A stretch of DNA of 64,000 nucleotides from Adineta vaga (lineage: Eukaryota; Animalia; Rotifera), in NCBI GenBank assembly GCA_021613535.1, contig CP075492.1, positions 8,432,001 through 8,496,000 of the forward strand, in the 5' to 3' direction. The notes below the pieces were generated by a model, which was not told the origin of the DNA, searched no databases, and worked only from the letters and a program-made list of their open reading frames with translations. The position numbers were made by a program, and so were the translations under genes. This document shows positions 1-15,018 of this stretch, piece after piece (position 1 is the first letter of the stretch; each line of letters begins with the position of its first letter).

Positions 1-266
1 TCAGTACCATCAACGTCGACAATCAAGTAAGAAAAGAGAGGGAAAGATGATGAGAAGAGAAGAAAAGACGAACAAGACATTGCTTTCTGAAGGTGATAGA
101 AAAAGCATAACATTGCCAAGAATTGCGAACGAGACCAATGTTGTTTTTTCATCAATCTAACTAGGTTTTCACCGCCTTGTCACAATGCCTAATAATAATA
201 GAATAACACATTGAATTATTCATGCTTAAAATTTCATTAAACTTCTCTTCTTTTAGATTTCAAACA

Positions 267-3200
267 ATGACAAGTATTCGGAATGCTCCGGTTGATATTG
301 CATCAGCACGTATTTTACATTATCTTCGAACACATAATTATGATGATTGTGCTATTTATATTAATCGTCTAAGTCCAAATACATTCCGTAAAATTTTAAT
401 AAATGATATCTCAATTGATATCTTAATCGCTCAGTTACCATTTTCAATTGAAGTTTTTGAAGTTATCTATTCGAAAATCTTCATTCATGATCCAGATACA
501 TTTCCTTTACGAATTTTAAAACCAGAACAAATTATATCGAAAATGATTAGTATCTTTGCATCATCATTAACAGAAAAATCAACAAATTCAACAACAATTT
601 CTTTAATATCAAAAGGTAAACAAATGGGTATCGATGATGAACGTTTATTAAATAATCTTTCAAGTATTCTACGAATCATATCATATGTACAACCAATTTT
701 ATTTAAACGTCTCCTACGTCAAAAAGAAACAATTGACGAATGTATTCTTCATTTTGAACAACGTCCTTCTCATTTAACTAGTACACCATCTCTTCACAAA
801 TCAATATCAACATCATCATTAATACCAAAAACTCTTGAAGAAACAATTCGCCATGAATTAGAATCAACCATTGTTTGTTGTCAACAAGCATTACATCGAT
901 TAGAAAATAAATCATTAACATCATCAACAATATTATCAGGTCATTCAACACCAATTATATCTCGAAAATATTCAACTATTTCAACAGGACATTCACCAAG
1001 TTCATTTGATGATATACAAACACGTCTTTTTCAACATAAATCTATTTTAAATCTTGTCGAACCTTATCTATCTCGTACAAAATTATATTCAGTTATGGAT
1101 AATCTTGGACAAAAAGTATCAATAGATAAGAAAATTTTACTTGCTTATTCTCATATAAAAACACATGAAAAACAAATTGCATTCGGTGAAACTCTTCTAC
1201 CATTATTTAAACGATTTGCTTTTGCCTATGAACGTATGACTGTATATTCATGGATATGTTTATATATATATACATGTATCAAGACTGTTTTAGGCATTAT
1301 TCAATTATGGAGACGAGTAACTGACAGTACATTAATCGACGAATGTAATGACGATGTTGTGATTGATACTACAACTGTTTCAGATGTTGGTGGAAGTTGT
1401 TTCGAACGAGCACGTTCTCGTAAGTATCCTTTTTTTAGATTTTAGTAAGAAATAAAAAGCAGTTGTTAGGAAAAAAGAAGAATGAATATACATTTCATAG
1501 ACTTATTCTCAGTTGATTTCTAATTCTTCGGTTGTTTTTTTGCCTAATGTTTATTTATTTATTTATCCTTTTAATTAATATTGAATGATAATGGAATGTA
1601 TATGAAAAGAAGAAAAAAGATCTTGAGTTTTTCTTCTGCTTCGTAAATGATTCAGATCTGTGGTAAATCCATTCAATCACTCGTTCTTTCTTTCATATAC
1701 ATAGATATATAATATGTTTATCGAACAGCAGTAGTCGACATGAAACATGCCAAAACGATTTTTTCTCCCTTTGGGTCTTTCTAATAAGCATCTCAAATGA
1801 ACAGACAAACGAGTGAGTAGTATAGCAATTATAGAAGAAAAAAAACGTTTGTAACTGAATACAGTTTAAAAGCAAAAAAAATCATCGGGATAGAAAAGTA
1901 ATTGTGTCATATATATACATATCGAAAAAAGTTCACCTTCATCTTTTCTTTCGTAAATAAAAAGACAGAAGTTGTGTGTGGTTAGTTTTATGTCTGATCG
2001 AGAAATTGCCCAGTGTCCTGAACTCTTATTTATACATAGAATATACTAACGAGTGATAGACAGATGAGAGGAAATGAGATGATCAACTAAATAGGCATAT
2101 GTAAGAGCAATGACGAGAAAGAGAGCAAGGAGAAGAGAGAGAGAGAGAGCGATGGAGAATGTAGCAAGATGTATGCACCTTTGTATATTGTAGACATTTG
2201 CTTTTTCTTCCCTTTCACTCATCATCTTTCTTTTTCTCTCACATACGGACATACATATACTCATCATATTCGATATCAGCATCACAACTTCTGAAGACAA
2301 AATCATATTGTTGTGCTTGTTGATTTCTGATTATTTCTTTTCCATTCATTCTTTCAATGACAACAGTTACACTCAGATCGAAGAAACCTATTGCGCACAG
2401 CAATCAAAATAATCACAACAAATATCTTCGTTATTCTGTTTTAGAAGAGCCACGATCATGTCGACATCGATATGGTAAGTACAAAACGTGTTGATTTTTT
2501 TCATCGAATAGTTTCATCACAGAGCAACTATGATGAAAATATAAACAAAACGAAAAGAAACAAACAAACAGACAGATAGAATAGATTTAGTTCATTAAAT
2601 AACAATATATATTTTCATTCCTACTCACTGTTGTCATTATCGATATGTTATTCCACAGGAGGTCTCTGTTCATATGTTCATCTTGATGCTGTTAGGATAC
2701 GTGGAGAGGGTGGAAAACCATTTGTAATAAAATAATCGATTCAGGATGACAAGAAATATCATCACCATTGCATGGCTTTATCTTTATTTTTCTTTGTGAT
2801 GATCATGAACAATGATTATGAGAACGGATATCAAATTTCTCTCACTTATACACTTGCCAATGGTACTATGTTCATTGTTGCTCACCACAGATTTCATATG
2901 AAAGGATTAGTTATATATACGAGTATTTATTCTCTTCATTTTTCTATAAAATGAATCAGAGCACGAACGACGATCAATTGACACTTTATTTTACTTTTTT
3001 GTCATGTACTACATCTTTTAAAACAACGATGAATAGATCGTTTAGATTTCCTTCGCATAAGATTTTATATACTGGTGAGTGGTTTCTTTTATAACTCGAT
3101 TTTAGAATTGTCTTCATCAATAAACTATGTTTATCTTTCCATTTAGAAATTGATCGTCTATTTTACAAAGATGATATGGCTGTTAAAAATGGTCGATCAA

Positions 3201-6200
3201 GTAAGTAATTGTTCGAAGTGTTTTGTGGTCTAGCATGCCTTTGTGTTCTACTAAACTTCGTTAAAAATTGTGAGATTTCGCTTATTCGTTGATCACTTCA
3301 ATAAACGAACTCTAGTATTATCCAAACTCCATGTAAGCAATCAGTTATCAGTTTAAACGTATCTTATATCTACAGATCTACTTTTAAATCGATAACTATT
3401 TTCCCATGCTGTTGACACCAAAAACGCTCCAGATCTGTTTCAAAACAACAATTGTTATTCGAACCATCGACTAGAATCTGTCATATAGAAACATTATCTG
3501 TTAGTCGAGCTCGATAAATATTGGCCTCGACATGCTCCAGTCAACGATAAAAACTAATTATTAATGCGATTATTAAAATATGATTGTTAGGAGCGTTTAA
3601 AAACTACGTCCGGAGTGCTGTGTAAAAAAAACTGTCAGAAATAGTAATAGTGAAGTTTAATCAAGATTAGAATAGTTAAATAACTTTAATCTCGAAATTG
3701 TTGAAAAAATCGATGAAAAATAACATACTAATGATTGGTTTCATATAGAAACTTAGACACGCCTACACCCTTGTATATTGTTTTGTTGTTCTTACAAGGT
3801 TATATAGTAAGATTAAGATTTAGTTTGTCAAACTGTCACAAACTAAATAACTTAACAACATTGTCAGAATAATTCTCCAATTGAATGATATGACAAAATG
3901 TTTTGTATATTGATAATGAGGTGTTTTAGATAAATGATTGAAATTGTATCAGATGAATAGTTTGTTATGAAGATCGTAACTGATTGATATTTAGTTTGCA
4001 GATGCTTAATATGAAAATCGTTTCCTTTTCCCTGGATCTCATATTTTCCTAAGAGCAAAGGAATGAATATGAAATAGAAACGTGCAATCTATCTTATTGA
4101 CATTGACATGTAGACACCATTGCTGACAAAGATGTATGTCTTTCGAAGTATACAAGTATTCATCTCCTTGACGCCAAAAAGGTCATTATTAGATTTATGA
4201 AACATCTGTATATACATATAGAATAGTTCAATATTTTCTTTGATGAATTCACATTAGAAACTATTCTGTCGATATTTAATATCGTTCATGTTGTCTTTCT
4301 TATCATCTCAATGATGTAATTTTCTTCTTGTTGTGTTCATAGTGATCAAAGATAAAGGAACAAATAGACTGGGTGCTTGATTACTTGCAAAGAAAAAAGA
4401 ACATCAGCAGGACATGATTTTCTTTCCCGCCTGATTGGGTCTTCAGTTATTTTTAGACACAACTGGCAATGTTTACCACATAATATAGGATATAATGACA
4501 ATTAAGGCTTGAAAAGCTGATTGAAGCATAAAATGATGCTGTCGTTTGTTTTTGCATCGATATTCATATAAACATCGAATGCCAAAAAAAAAGACAAACA
4601 CTGATATGTCAGGCAAAAAAAAACGAGAACGCATGAAAGGAAAGATCAGGGTTATTACAATTTGTTGCTTATACGGCTGAATGGAAGATATCATAGTTAT
4701 TTCAAAACATACATTTTGTCTTGAGTGATTAAATAATAATTTCTTAAACAAGGTTTTTTTTTGTCGAGTGACAATCACGGTTGATTGTAGTTATTATTTA
4801 TCCATTAATGTAATATTAGAATTGTATGTTAAGCGCGTTGAAAGAGAGATGAAAAGCAATAATAGTCCATCACACAGATAGAGAATGGAATAGAAGAAGA
4901 AAATGAATGAAAGAGACAGAAACAGAGAGCATGAGAGCAAGAAGAAGATATCGTTCTTCTGTATACATATACACGTACTCGATCTTTACTCTTTGGATAT
5001 CTAACAACGGAACGCGTTTATCAAACTTCATTGCAGTTTTTTCTTGCTCTGTCTGATTCACTTGCGATATATATATATATATATATATATAATATTCTCG
5101 TTATTTCAAAAAACGATCGAGTCATTTCAAACTTCTAACGATTCGATTTTACGAAACAATCAAATGTCAAATACTGTTGAATTACAATTCATTTATACGC
5201 CACAAATATCATCGCCAACACATCTCATTGATACTCAAAACCTCAAACAACAACAACAGTCAAGTAGCAAACTTGTTAACAAATATCTTTCAACAGCTGC
5301 ACAATATCTCAACAGAACGAAAAGCTTTCATGTCACGCCTACGAATTCCAAACATAACTATCTTCAAGTTCCAAGTATTTCAACAAATACATCAACTAAT
5401 AATCTAGCACAATCCGTTTCAATGAATATTCATCGAACAGAAAAACTTTCTTTCAGTGATCTACCAATGTCGATCGACGAAACAAATTCATCAAGTATAC
5501 CTTTAGATGGGAATAATAATGATTCAATCAATATCAATAAAACACAAGGTTTTGTCAACACATTACGTCGTTCATTGAGAAAAAATAAAGAACGATTTTA
5601 TAATAAACAATCAACAACAATGAAATCTTGTAATTCATTGAATACATATGATCAACCAGGGAATGATATTCAAGATGTATATAAAAAAATGTCTATGACA
5701 CCAACTTTACATCATCGACGTCAACATTTAACAAATAATAATCGACTAATTATGATAAAGACGAATACGATAGAAGATAATATCAATGATGATCAAACCA
5801 GTAAGGAAAAAGAATCAAGAATGCGCTTAACTATTACGTTCGTATACTTCTCTATATAATTCTTTAGTGTGGAAAAGTAGTATGATTTTTTTCTCATCAG
5901 TTAACATAACATCCAACTGGAAAAAAAACATACATAACTTGTTTTTTTCACATTAGAATACATAGCAAAATAACTTGATTATACTATTTACCGTACATAA
6001 TAATAGTTCGATTTACTCCTCAATAGTTTTTTAATATTCTTCGCGAATAATTTGCATTTCTCTCTCTCTCTCTACTATTGATATTTTGTTTTTTGAAAAG
6101 GACATAAACACGCTAATCATAATTAGAGTATATTACATCAGACATCTGTGCGAATGAAAACATAAGATACCACTTGATTCCTTCTATCTTCTGCTAGATG

Positions 6201-8407
6201 TCTTTCAAACGAAAGGTCGAAATATGGACAGCTGCAGATGCCACTCTGATCCATTCACCGTGTGTCAGAACAATTGATTCTAGTCGAAAAAAATAGCAGA
6301 AAAAGAGAGAACTAGATTATCCGATAAATAGCTCTTTGATTGACAATCAACACATTCATTCAATGTAAAAAGCACATTTTCACATTTAGACATGTACAAA
6401 CACTGATAACGAGTCTAGTATAGTTAGAAGCTCGATTTCTTCTCTATTTGACGTCACTAACGGCAAGCATTAGTTCGAGTAATTTTTCTCTCTCTTTCCA
6501 TTACAACGAAGAAAAGAAGAAGAAGTAGAAGAAGAAAAAAACGAACTGATCCTACAACATAGTGTACATCTGCTTTGTTCTTGCTTCGGGTAGTCATACA
6601 ATATCACGAGAAAGAAAGAAGTAACAGTCATGTCTACAGCTTTATCGTGCATGTATTGCGATAAAACAAAATGTAAGGTTTGATTTTGTCTATTCGTTTG
6701 TATACATTTCATCATATTTTTGTTTATATTTTAGCTCCTCTACAACCTCTAGCAATCAATGGTCGTGAACAACGAAATCGTATCTTAGCTAATGGATACG
6801 CTGCTCATCATCAACTAACATCAATTTTACCACCAGCCGCATCGCTTCAATCTCTTTCACCTTTATCTCCAGCAGGAAATTCTTCAAGTAATGTAGCGTT
6901 CACAAATTCAAATATTAACATTGAACAACAATCAATTCATTCGGAATATGATGAAAAAGAAAAATTAAAAAATGATTTACAACAATTAAAAAGTGAATTA
7001 CAAAAATCAAAAGAAACAATTGCACGTTTACAAAAAAGTGAAGAACAAATGCGTGAACGGTAAAGTTCAATACTCATAAATCTACGTAATAAGTCTGACG
7101 AAATAGAGAAAATAAAAGAAACTTTGTAAAATCGCATAGTCAGAGTAGTTAAGAGATAGTCTCAGAAGATTCCATGTAATGTGTGATCGGTACAATTATA
7201 TCGAAGTCATATTGAGAATAAGATACCTATTATTTTCTATTTTTGTCATTAAAGAAGTTACCAAGTTTCATAATAGAACAATATGTCTGACATTTATCAT
7301 CTAACTATTCTTATTTGCACACCGTCAAGCATAAAAATTTGCCATATGTTATCTATTGTGCTAGCTGTTATTTACTGAAAAGTAATAGCTGTATATACAT
7401 TATCCGAAAAGAAGTCTTCCACTATTTTAACAAAATCATATATTAATGAAAATAATATTCTTTATTTTTTAGATTAGCTGAACAAGCTCAACGACAACTA
7501 GAAAAAGGTGGTAAATTTGAAGATTTAAATCAAATATCACGTCCAACAGAATTAATTCGTTCATATAATACGCTTTATTCTCAAGCTCGTATTGATACAT
7601 TGGATGCTTTGGATAGTATTCGTGAATTGGCTGCAGCCGAAGATCTCAAATCAAAACTATTATTTTCAGTTGTTGTTGTATGTATTATTATCTTTTATTT
7701 TAGGCTAAATTAACATTGATTTGCTTTTGATTAAAGCTTGCTTTTCGTCATGCACAAAATCAAGCAAAAGAAATACGAAATAAAGTCAAACAAATTCTTC
7801 AATTATCAAGCGATAAAAGTTCATCGACATTAGAAGAAACAATTGAAAAATATCTTCGAAGTACCATACAAAAATATGATATTAGCAAAATTGCATCCGT
7901 ATGTATAAAAGAATAATTGATTGTTTTTTGTTTATCATTCCAGTTTTCTTTTGGTAGGAAGTAGAAAGTCAATTGTGGACAACATTATATGATTATCCAG
8001 CTTTGAGATCGTGCAATGAATTATTGAAATATATCACTACTGCCTGTCGAACTGCGTATGTATTCATTGACGTAACTATCTTCGATAGGATCTTTTTAGT
8101 TAATTAACTAGATGAGACTTTCGAATTTATCTATCTGTTTGTTTTCATCACTGAAATTTACTCTAATGTTTATATTTCTAGATGGGGTCTAGCAAATCAA
8201 ACTCCGCCATATTACATCGAATTTCAAACAATAAAATATGATAAACTTATTCATGAACGTTTTCATACATCTGACACTGATAGTGACACAATTATCGAAT
8301 ATGTTTGGCCATGTCTAATCGATGGTCGTGATCGAACATGTGTAGCGAAAGGTGTTGTTATTACCGATGAACATTATTTATCAACATCAAAAAATATGTC
8401 ATCTTAG
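267..8407 (+). CDS. Mitochondria-eating protein (MIEAP/SPATA18)-C-terminal-domain protein, long multi-exon isoform
   Basis: Phase-compatible exons 267-1233, 1294-1419, 2445-2474, 3147-3200, 6735-7059, ~7473-7677, ~7737-7898, ~7959-8055, 8182-8407. A coiled coil precedes RPTELIRSYNTLYSQARIDTLDALD...YVWPCLIDGRDRTCVAKGVVITD, which resembles the MIEAP C-terminal domain. Confidence 0.75.
5164..5800 (+). CDS. Candidate alternative first coding exon of the MIEAP-domain gene (Ser/Asn/Thr-rich)
   Basis: ATG at 5164, open for 212 codons + 1 nt, GTAAGG donor at 5801. Phase 1 matches the acceptor at 6735. Confidence 0.65.
6630..6672 (+). CDS. Candidate short alternative first exon (MSTALSCMYCDKTK) of the MIEAP-domain gene
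   Basis: ATG 6630, 43 nt, phase-1 GTAAGG donor at 6673, 62-nt intron to 6735. TGACGTCA upstream at ~6449. Confidence 0.55.
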
Positions 8408-8651
8408 TATGAAATGTGTAATACATGAATTCTCTCCCGTATAGTTTCATCATCTTCTAGTCAGTCGATTGTTCGACGACATTCCATATCATCAAATAGA
8501 AAACGAACTAAACTAAACATTTGACTGCCCTTTTACATATATACGTGTGTGTACGTGTGTGATTTACAGATAAAATTATTTAGACAGAATGAATGATTTA
8601 ATTTCATGTTTTTGTTTTTGTTTTTTCTTTCAATTTCTCGTTCTACTTTTA

Positions 8652-11600
8652 TTATTCGGAAATAGAAGTAGTGATATGATCTGATTTTCGTTTTGTCCCA
8701 GATATAGATGATGTATCCATATCATCATCAGGTTTTGCTATTGATGCAATCGTTGACAAATAATCGACCATGAAGATATTATTTTCGACACTAAATGACG
8801 AAGATATATGCGTTGATAAATCTTTTTTTTTTGTTTAGAAGAATTTAAACTTACATTTTCCCCAAACTATCATGTTTTAATGTGAGATTTTTTTCTAGAT
8901 TACATAATGTTGTTAAAATTTTAGTTGAATTTGGTTTTAAATTATTGGTATGATTCATAAGGATATGATAAATCCATGAGAGATAGAATGCAAAATGTCG
9001 AGAATGTTGAATTTGTTCACTAATAAAATTTAGTAATAATTCAACGTACAATAATGGAAGAGATTGACAGATATGTTCGACTAGAAAAAGAATTTGTTTA
9101 CTTTTTTTTGTGGATAGATATTTTTTCGCCGAAAAGTCTTACCTTTGCTTGCATCAACATTTTCAATAATCTCAGTAACTAATGATTTTTCATTTAATTT
9201 AAGTGCCATAAGTAATGCCAAATAGGCATCATTTTTATCATACAATGTTTGACGTATGCTTAATGGTGTAATAGTTTCATTTAAATCAATTGGATCAAAC
9301 ATTGCAGTATTATCAATAGAATAGATAAGTAAACCTTCAGTTGTACATGCAGCCCATGCACGTCCTATATTACAATGAAAATTGATAAGAAAAATGAGCT
9401 ATGAATGATTTTTGTATTTGATTATTTACCTGTAGGTGAGAATCGGACGCAAGTAACTAAAATTTCTGGTTTGAAATGACGATTACTATAATCACCTTTT
9501 CGTACACCGGGTAGACGGATATTTTTTCCATTTTCATCTTCATCTTGTCCCATATCAATCAATGCTAAACTACCAAATTCTGTCATTTTTCGTCGATTGA
9601 GATATTCCTTAAATTAATAATAGACGAATATTATTTTCAATTAATTAATCTTACATTTAATCCATCAAAACTTTTATTGCATGCTATTTCAAAACGTTTG
9701 ACAAGAATTTGTTCATGGATATTATACAATGAAATATATTTTGATCGACCACCAGCTAACAAATAATTACCATCCATTGTATAGGAAATACTTCGATAGG
9801 CTCTAAATAGTATAATTAATTTAAAATATATTTTTCGAATTCGGTACAAAATCTAACCTTCCAAATGTCAGTTTTTTTCCTGTTACTTTATCTGTTTCTT
9901 TTCTTGCATAGCCCAAATCATTTTTGCCTTCAATTGATGCCGTTTGTTGGCCACTATCGGGATGAAAGAAAAGAATTTGTGCATCAACTGTCGATACAGC
10001 TATCTGTTGACCATCTGGTCGAAATGCACAAGATAAAGCTACAAGAAAAAGCAAAGAATATAAATCTCAAAATCAGCTACTTCCAAACCATCAGTAGACA
10101 GAAGAAATGTTTCTCGGGAACCTTGACTATCAAATAAACTCCATGTACGCAAAGTTTTATCCCATGAACAACTTGCCAATGTTGTTTGTGTTGTATTTCG
10201 ACCAAATGCCAATGCACTAATTGGACCTTCATGTCCACTAAGAATCTACATAAATAATTCACATTCATATTATTCTTTTTATAATATATAAATTAGAAAT
10301 TTACATCAAGTAATTTGCCGGTTTTAATTGACCAAACAAATATATTGAATGTATCAAAACCACCTGCACATACGACTTCACCAGCAGCATCCAATGCTAC
10401 ACACGAAAATTGAACTGGTGTTGGAGATGTATATGTACGAAAATTTCGGTATCTATTTATTGAAGAAATAATGAAAATAGAAGTAGGATATGAAGGACTT
10501 ACCTCAAAAGATCATATGCTCGAACTGTTCCATCCAAAGAACTTGAAACAATAAACTGTCCATTGGATGCAAATTCAAGACCAGTAATTGTTGATGAATG
10601 TTCCGAAAAAGTTACGAAACAAAAAGCATTCGATGTATTCCATAATTTGATCTAAATTTAAATAGTGATCAATCATCATTATCTCATAGGACAGTTTTCT
10701 GAGAAAAATAAATGACTAACTTTTCCATCATCACCACCACTGGCGATATGCATTCCATCAGGTGAATAGGCTAATTGAGTCATATTATTGAAGTGTCCTT
10801 GTTGTTTTAATACATATGTTTGACTCTGCCATTCCCATACAACAAGTTGACCAAGATTCTGACATGCTAAGGCAATCCAATCTCCTAATGGATTGAACAA
10901 TGCTGATGTAATCATTTGTTTTTGGTCACCAAGACTAGAAAAAGAACAAAAATAAATAAATATTTTTGTCATTGAAGAAACAAAGCATGACTTACCTCAA
11001 TGAATGAATGAGATTGAAATCAGGCATTTCATGAAGATAGAAATGTCCATTAGAGAAACCCGCTACTAACATATGTGTTTTCTTATGGTAATCAGCACAG
11101 AGAAGTAAAGCACCACGATCAGAACCTTCAAATGTTTCTTTATAGTTAAATCTAAACAAATATATTCATAGATTATTTTAAATTCCTCATAATAAAACAA
11201 TCGCCTATCAAATTTACTTATTCATTCGTTTAAAAACAACCATATCATCTTTTGTTGGATTTTTTAGAAGATGTTCATCTAAACGTTTCTGTTTTCGTTC
11301 AAGTTTAACACGTTCTTGTTCGACCATATCATCTAAATCTTCATCATCAACATCTTTATGACCATTGGATGATGTTGATATGTCTTCTGTATTAGTATTA
11401 TCACCATCCTCGTCGTCGTCGTCATCTTCAGTATCTGGTATATATGGCATAGGTTTCATTGATGATAACTCCATATCAACTACCCAATAGTTCACTTTAG
11501 CATTTTTACAAATAGTTATTATCTAAATTTACGAAAGAAATACAACTGCTTATTAACATAGAAATGCACTTTGAAACATACGTTCAATGAATCTTGCTCA

Positions 11601-12493
11601 AAGAAACCTCCAACAATTTCACGACCATGACCAGCTAATGTGAAACGATGTAGTTTATCCAGTAGAGGTACACTAAATACTTGAGTTGTCATATCTGCAC
11701 TACCAACAGCAACAACACTAATCAATAAAAGTATTGTTGTTTTTTTCTTTCATTTTCTAACTAATTGTCAAAATAAATAAACAAACCGAGAATCAGTTGT
11801 CCAGTCAATACATGTTGTCTTATCATGAAATGAACGAAGTACAAATTTTAATGTAAACAAATTAAATTGACGATCAGCACTGGGACATGTATATATTTCA
11901 CATCGATTACCTCGACAAACAGCTACAGATCTACAAATAGAAATATTCTTGTGTACATAATGAATTTATCTGCAAAACTCAATGGTTTTTTTAGTATGAG
12001 ATATTTACTTTGCATCTGGACTAAATTTAACTGTATGTACATCATGTCCAAAACGATGAATACCAATCAATGCACGACATTTGACATTATACAAATAACC
12101 ACGGCCAGCTATGAGAAAAAGAGAAGCAGTAGATAAAATATTTTTCAATTCCATAAGAATATTACTCTCATTAATAGCAAGTAGAAGTGCACCATTCGAT
12201 GAAAGAGTTGAACAAACAATATTAAATTCACTTTCAACTGATAAAGTTTCTGATCGACCACTACAAACGAAAAGTATAACCGTAAATCTATAAGAAACTA
12301 TATACGTTACTTCTTCAGATCGATTACAGTTGCTCGATTTCCAACTGGTGTAATGAGTGCATTACTATCAGGAGTAAAAAGAAGATTACCCTTATGATAC
12401 ACAGTACCAAGAAGATTAGAAAACTAAAATGAAAATAGAACTCTTTCATCTATTGAGGAATAAATCATTTTTTACTTTATAATGTAACTTCAT
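8652..12493 (-). CDS. PWP2: Periodic tryptophan protein 2 (WD40, SSU processome UTP1)
   Basis: N-terminus MKLHYK/FSNLLGTVYHKGNLLFTPD; LGQLVVWEWQSQTYVLKQQGH; many WD40 exons. Confidence 0.95.
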
Positions 12494-14204
12494 TTCAACC
12501 AGATTTAATTTAATGCATCTACAACAATTTTTTGGTATTGGCGTTTAAAAAAGTTCCTATGAAAATGAGAACAATCTTCTATTGAAGGATAAAAAACCAA
12601 TAGAAGTGTACGTTTGACTACACTTGCAGCCTCGCTTTCTCAAACTATAGACGTCGCTTATAGTCATTGATGAATCCAAAATTTCATTACAATTTAATGA
12701 TTATCACATTCACTTATAGCTTGCGCCATTGAAGTATTCGAATTTCTCGATTTGAAGATCTACTGAACAACACGCACTCATACAAACTCTTTTAATTCTT
12801 TTCCGATGCGCGTATTATTTATATGAATTTGTTTTTGCATGGAAAGTTAAATGAAATTATTGGAAGCTATAGTAACAAAAATTGCGTTTGAATATGGATA
12901 CTTTGAGAACCCAGAATTATAAAACTTCGTAACTACACTTTCAGGTTAATGAAAGTATAAACGGTGGAATCGCAGTGGAAATCCTTGCACATTGATATTG
13001 CTAACAAAATCTTTAAATCAATGGTCAAAAGAAGAATGAATTAGATTTCCGAATCTGATTGAGTTAGTTCCTTCTCGATGATTGCAGTGACGAAAAAATG
13101 TGGCTGTCCTCGAAACTTAAGATGAAAAACTACAATGGAGCACTTTCGTTCGGTTACAGTGAGAAACGTACTATCGCATAAATTTGATTCAAGTGATGAA
13201 AAATAAGCAAGTTCATGAAGATTGCTGTGCATATGTATTCAATTAATCATCATCTTTATTTTTGAACTAGAGTGTACTTATGAAAAACTAAACAATGAGG
13301 AAATAGCATAGTAACTCTGAATGATAAAGTGACTGTATCAATAACAATTTACCCAATAAAACGACACCGTATCAGAATTGTATCGACCGATCTAGCTCTT
13401 ATCATGAAGCAAGTCACCGAGTTGACTGCCAGAGCTTGAAGAAAAAGAATGTTGTAGTTTATGATGCCAATCCCTATGACATTTGCATACATGTGGTACC
13501 TGCTCATGTAAAAACTCGGTTTATTTATTCTGTCTTAAGATGTAATATTATATCGTCGTATTCTTTAGATAAATCTAAATTTCTTATGATCTCGATGAAA
13601 TGAACTATAGATAAGTCACATAGAACATATATCGTACTTTATACTTCTCAAGTTATTTATTAGTCTGCTACTTCGATTCTTACTCATTGTTGAACAATCT
13701 ATACTACTGTTGTATGCATCATCTACTTTTTAACTTCAATATGCATAACATCATCTCATTTATTTCGAAGAGAAGAAAAACAAAGAAAGTATATCATGTC
13801 TACACGTATACATATATATACTGATTGTTATTCTCGTTGACTATCGACACGTAATTTATCTCAATTATATAGATGTGTATGAGTGTACTTCACATATTCA
13901 TTTCACTTCTGTTGAAAGAAGCAATATTTAAACTACTTTTAAGACAAGAACATGAGTAATGAACTAATTTGTTGATGATGTCATGTTTCTTATACTTTCA
14001 TTAATATGTATGATAAAATAACGTCTTTTTTTATCTCCTAATATTATAAATTGTATATCATGCAATGAGTAAAACTAATTAGACTTGTTCAAAATTGATG
14101 TATGTACAGAAAAATCTAAGAAATTATCCTTTTTTTTCATATAATGAACGAGATATAATTTATTAATATCATTTATATATATACAAAAGAAAAAAAAACG
14201 AATG

Positions 14205-15018
14205 TTAGTGAGACGAAGATGATTCAGATAGTTTAAGTTGTTGACGATGAGCAGTTCGTGCGCGTGTACGTCGATTTTTAAACCAAACCTAAAAAACAAT
14301 GAAATTTTAGATCTTTTTTTCTACGTTTAAAATTGACTATATACTTGAATACGCGATTCGGCAACACCCATTTGAGCAGCAAGTGTTTCACGTAATTCAA
14401 TATCAGGATACTGATTATGCATAAACACATTATCGAGTTGTTGAACATTGTTTTGTGTAAATACCGTTCGTTGACGACGTCGACGACCTTGTGGAGGAAC
14501 TATGAAATAAAAATTAGAGTTATTTTCAATTCTATTTATCCGCTATGCAAGATGAAAATTGCACGATTCTCTATATATTATTATACCCCAATTGATTTTA
14601 TATTCATACGAAGGACACACATTGCTGTTGATTGAATCTTTTGCAGGAGTAGATGATGAATTGATACAAGCAGGTACTGGTGATGTACATAAATCTATTG
14701 TTGAAGTCGATGATTGTTCTACAGGTGGTAATGTCATCGGTGAATCAATAGCTACACAATTTAAAACATTACATCGATTATCTTTCGTAATAGACCTAAC
14801 TTACTATTGTATATATTATTGTTGTTGTTGCTCATTAATTGATCGTACATATGAAATGAATTATTGGTATAAGTTAAATGCGGATGATAAGTATGTTGAT
14901 ATGAATAATATGCTGATGATGATTGTTGTGGACTTAGATATTCTCGATTGAATACTGGAGAACCATAGCCTGAATCATCGCGATGAAGTTGAAGAAACGA
15001 AGATGAATTATCGTCCAT
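14205..15018 (-). CDS. Divergent PRD-class K50 homeobox protein
   Basis: The minus strand at ~14500-14205 reads RRRQRTVFTQNNVQQLDNVFMHNQYPDIELRETLAAQMGVAESRIQ|VWFKNRRTRARTAH, with the intron between homeodomain codons 46/47 typical of PRD class. Upstream exons are the 14761-15018 and 14543-14737 ORFs; their exact junctions are uncertain. Confidence 0.85.

Noticed and set aside
3420-3600. Short inverted match AAACGCTCC/GGAGCGTTT in an intron
   Set aside because: Only ~9 bp with no TSD; too weak to call a MITE.
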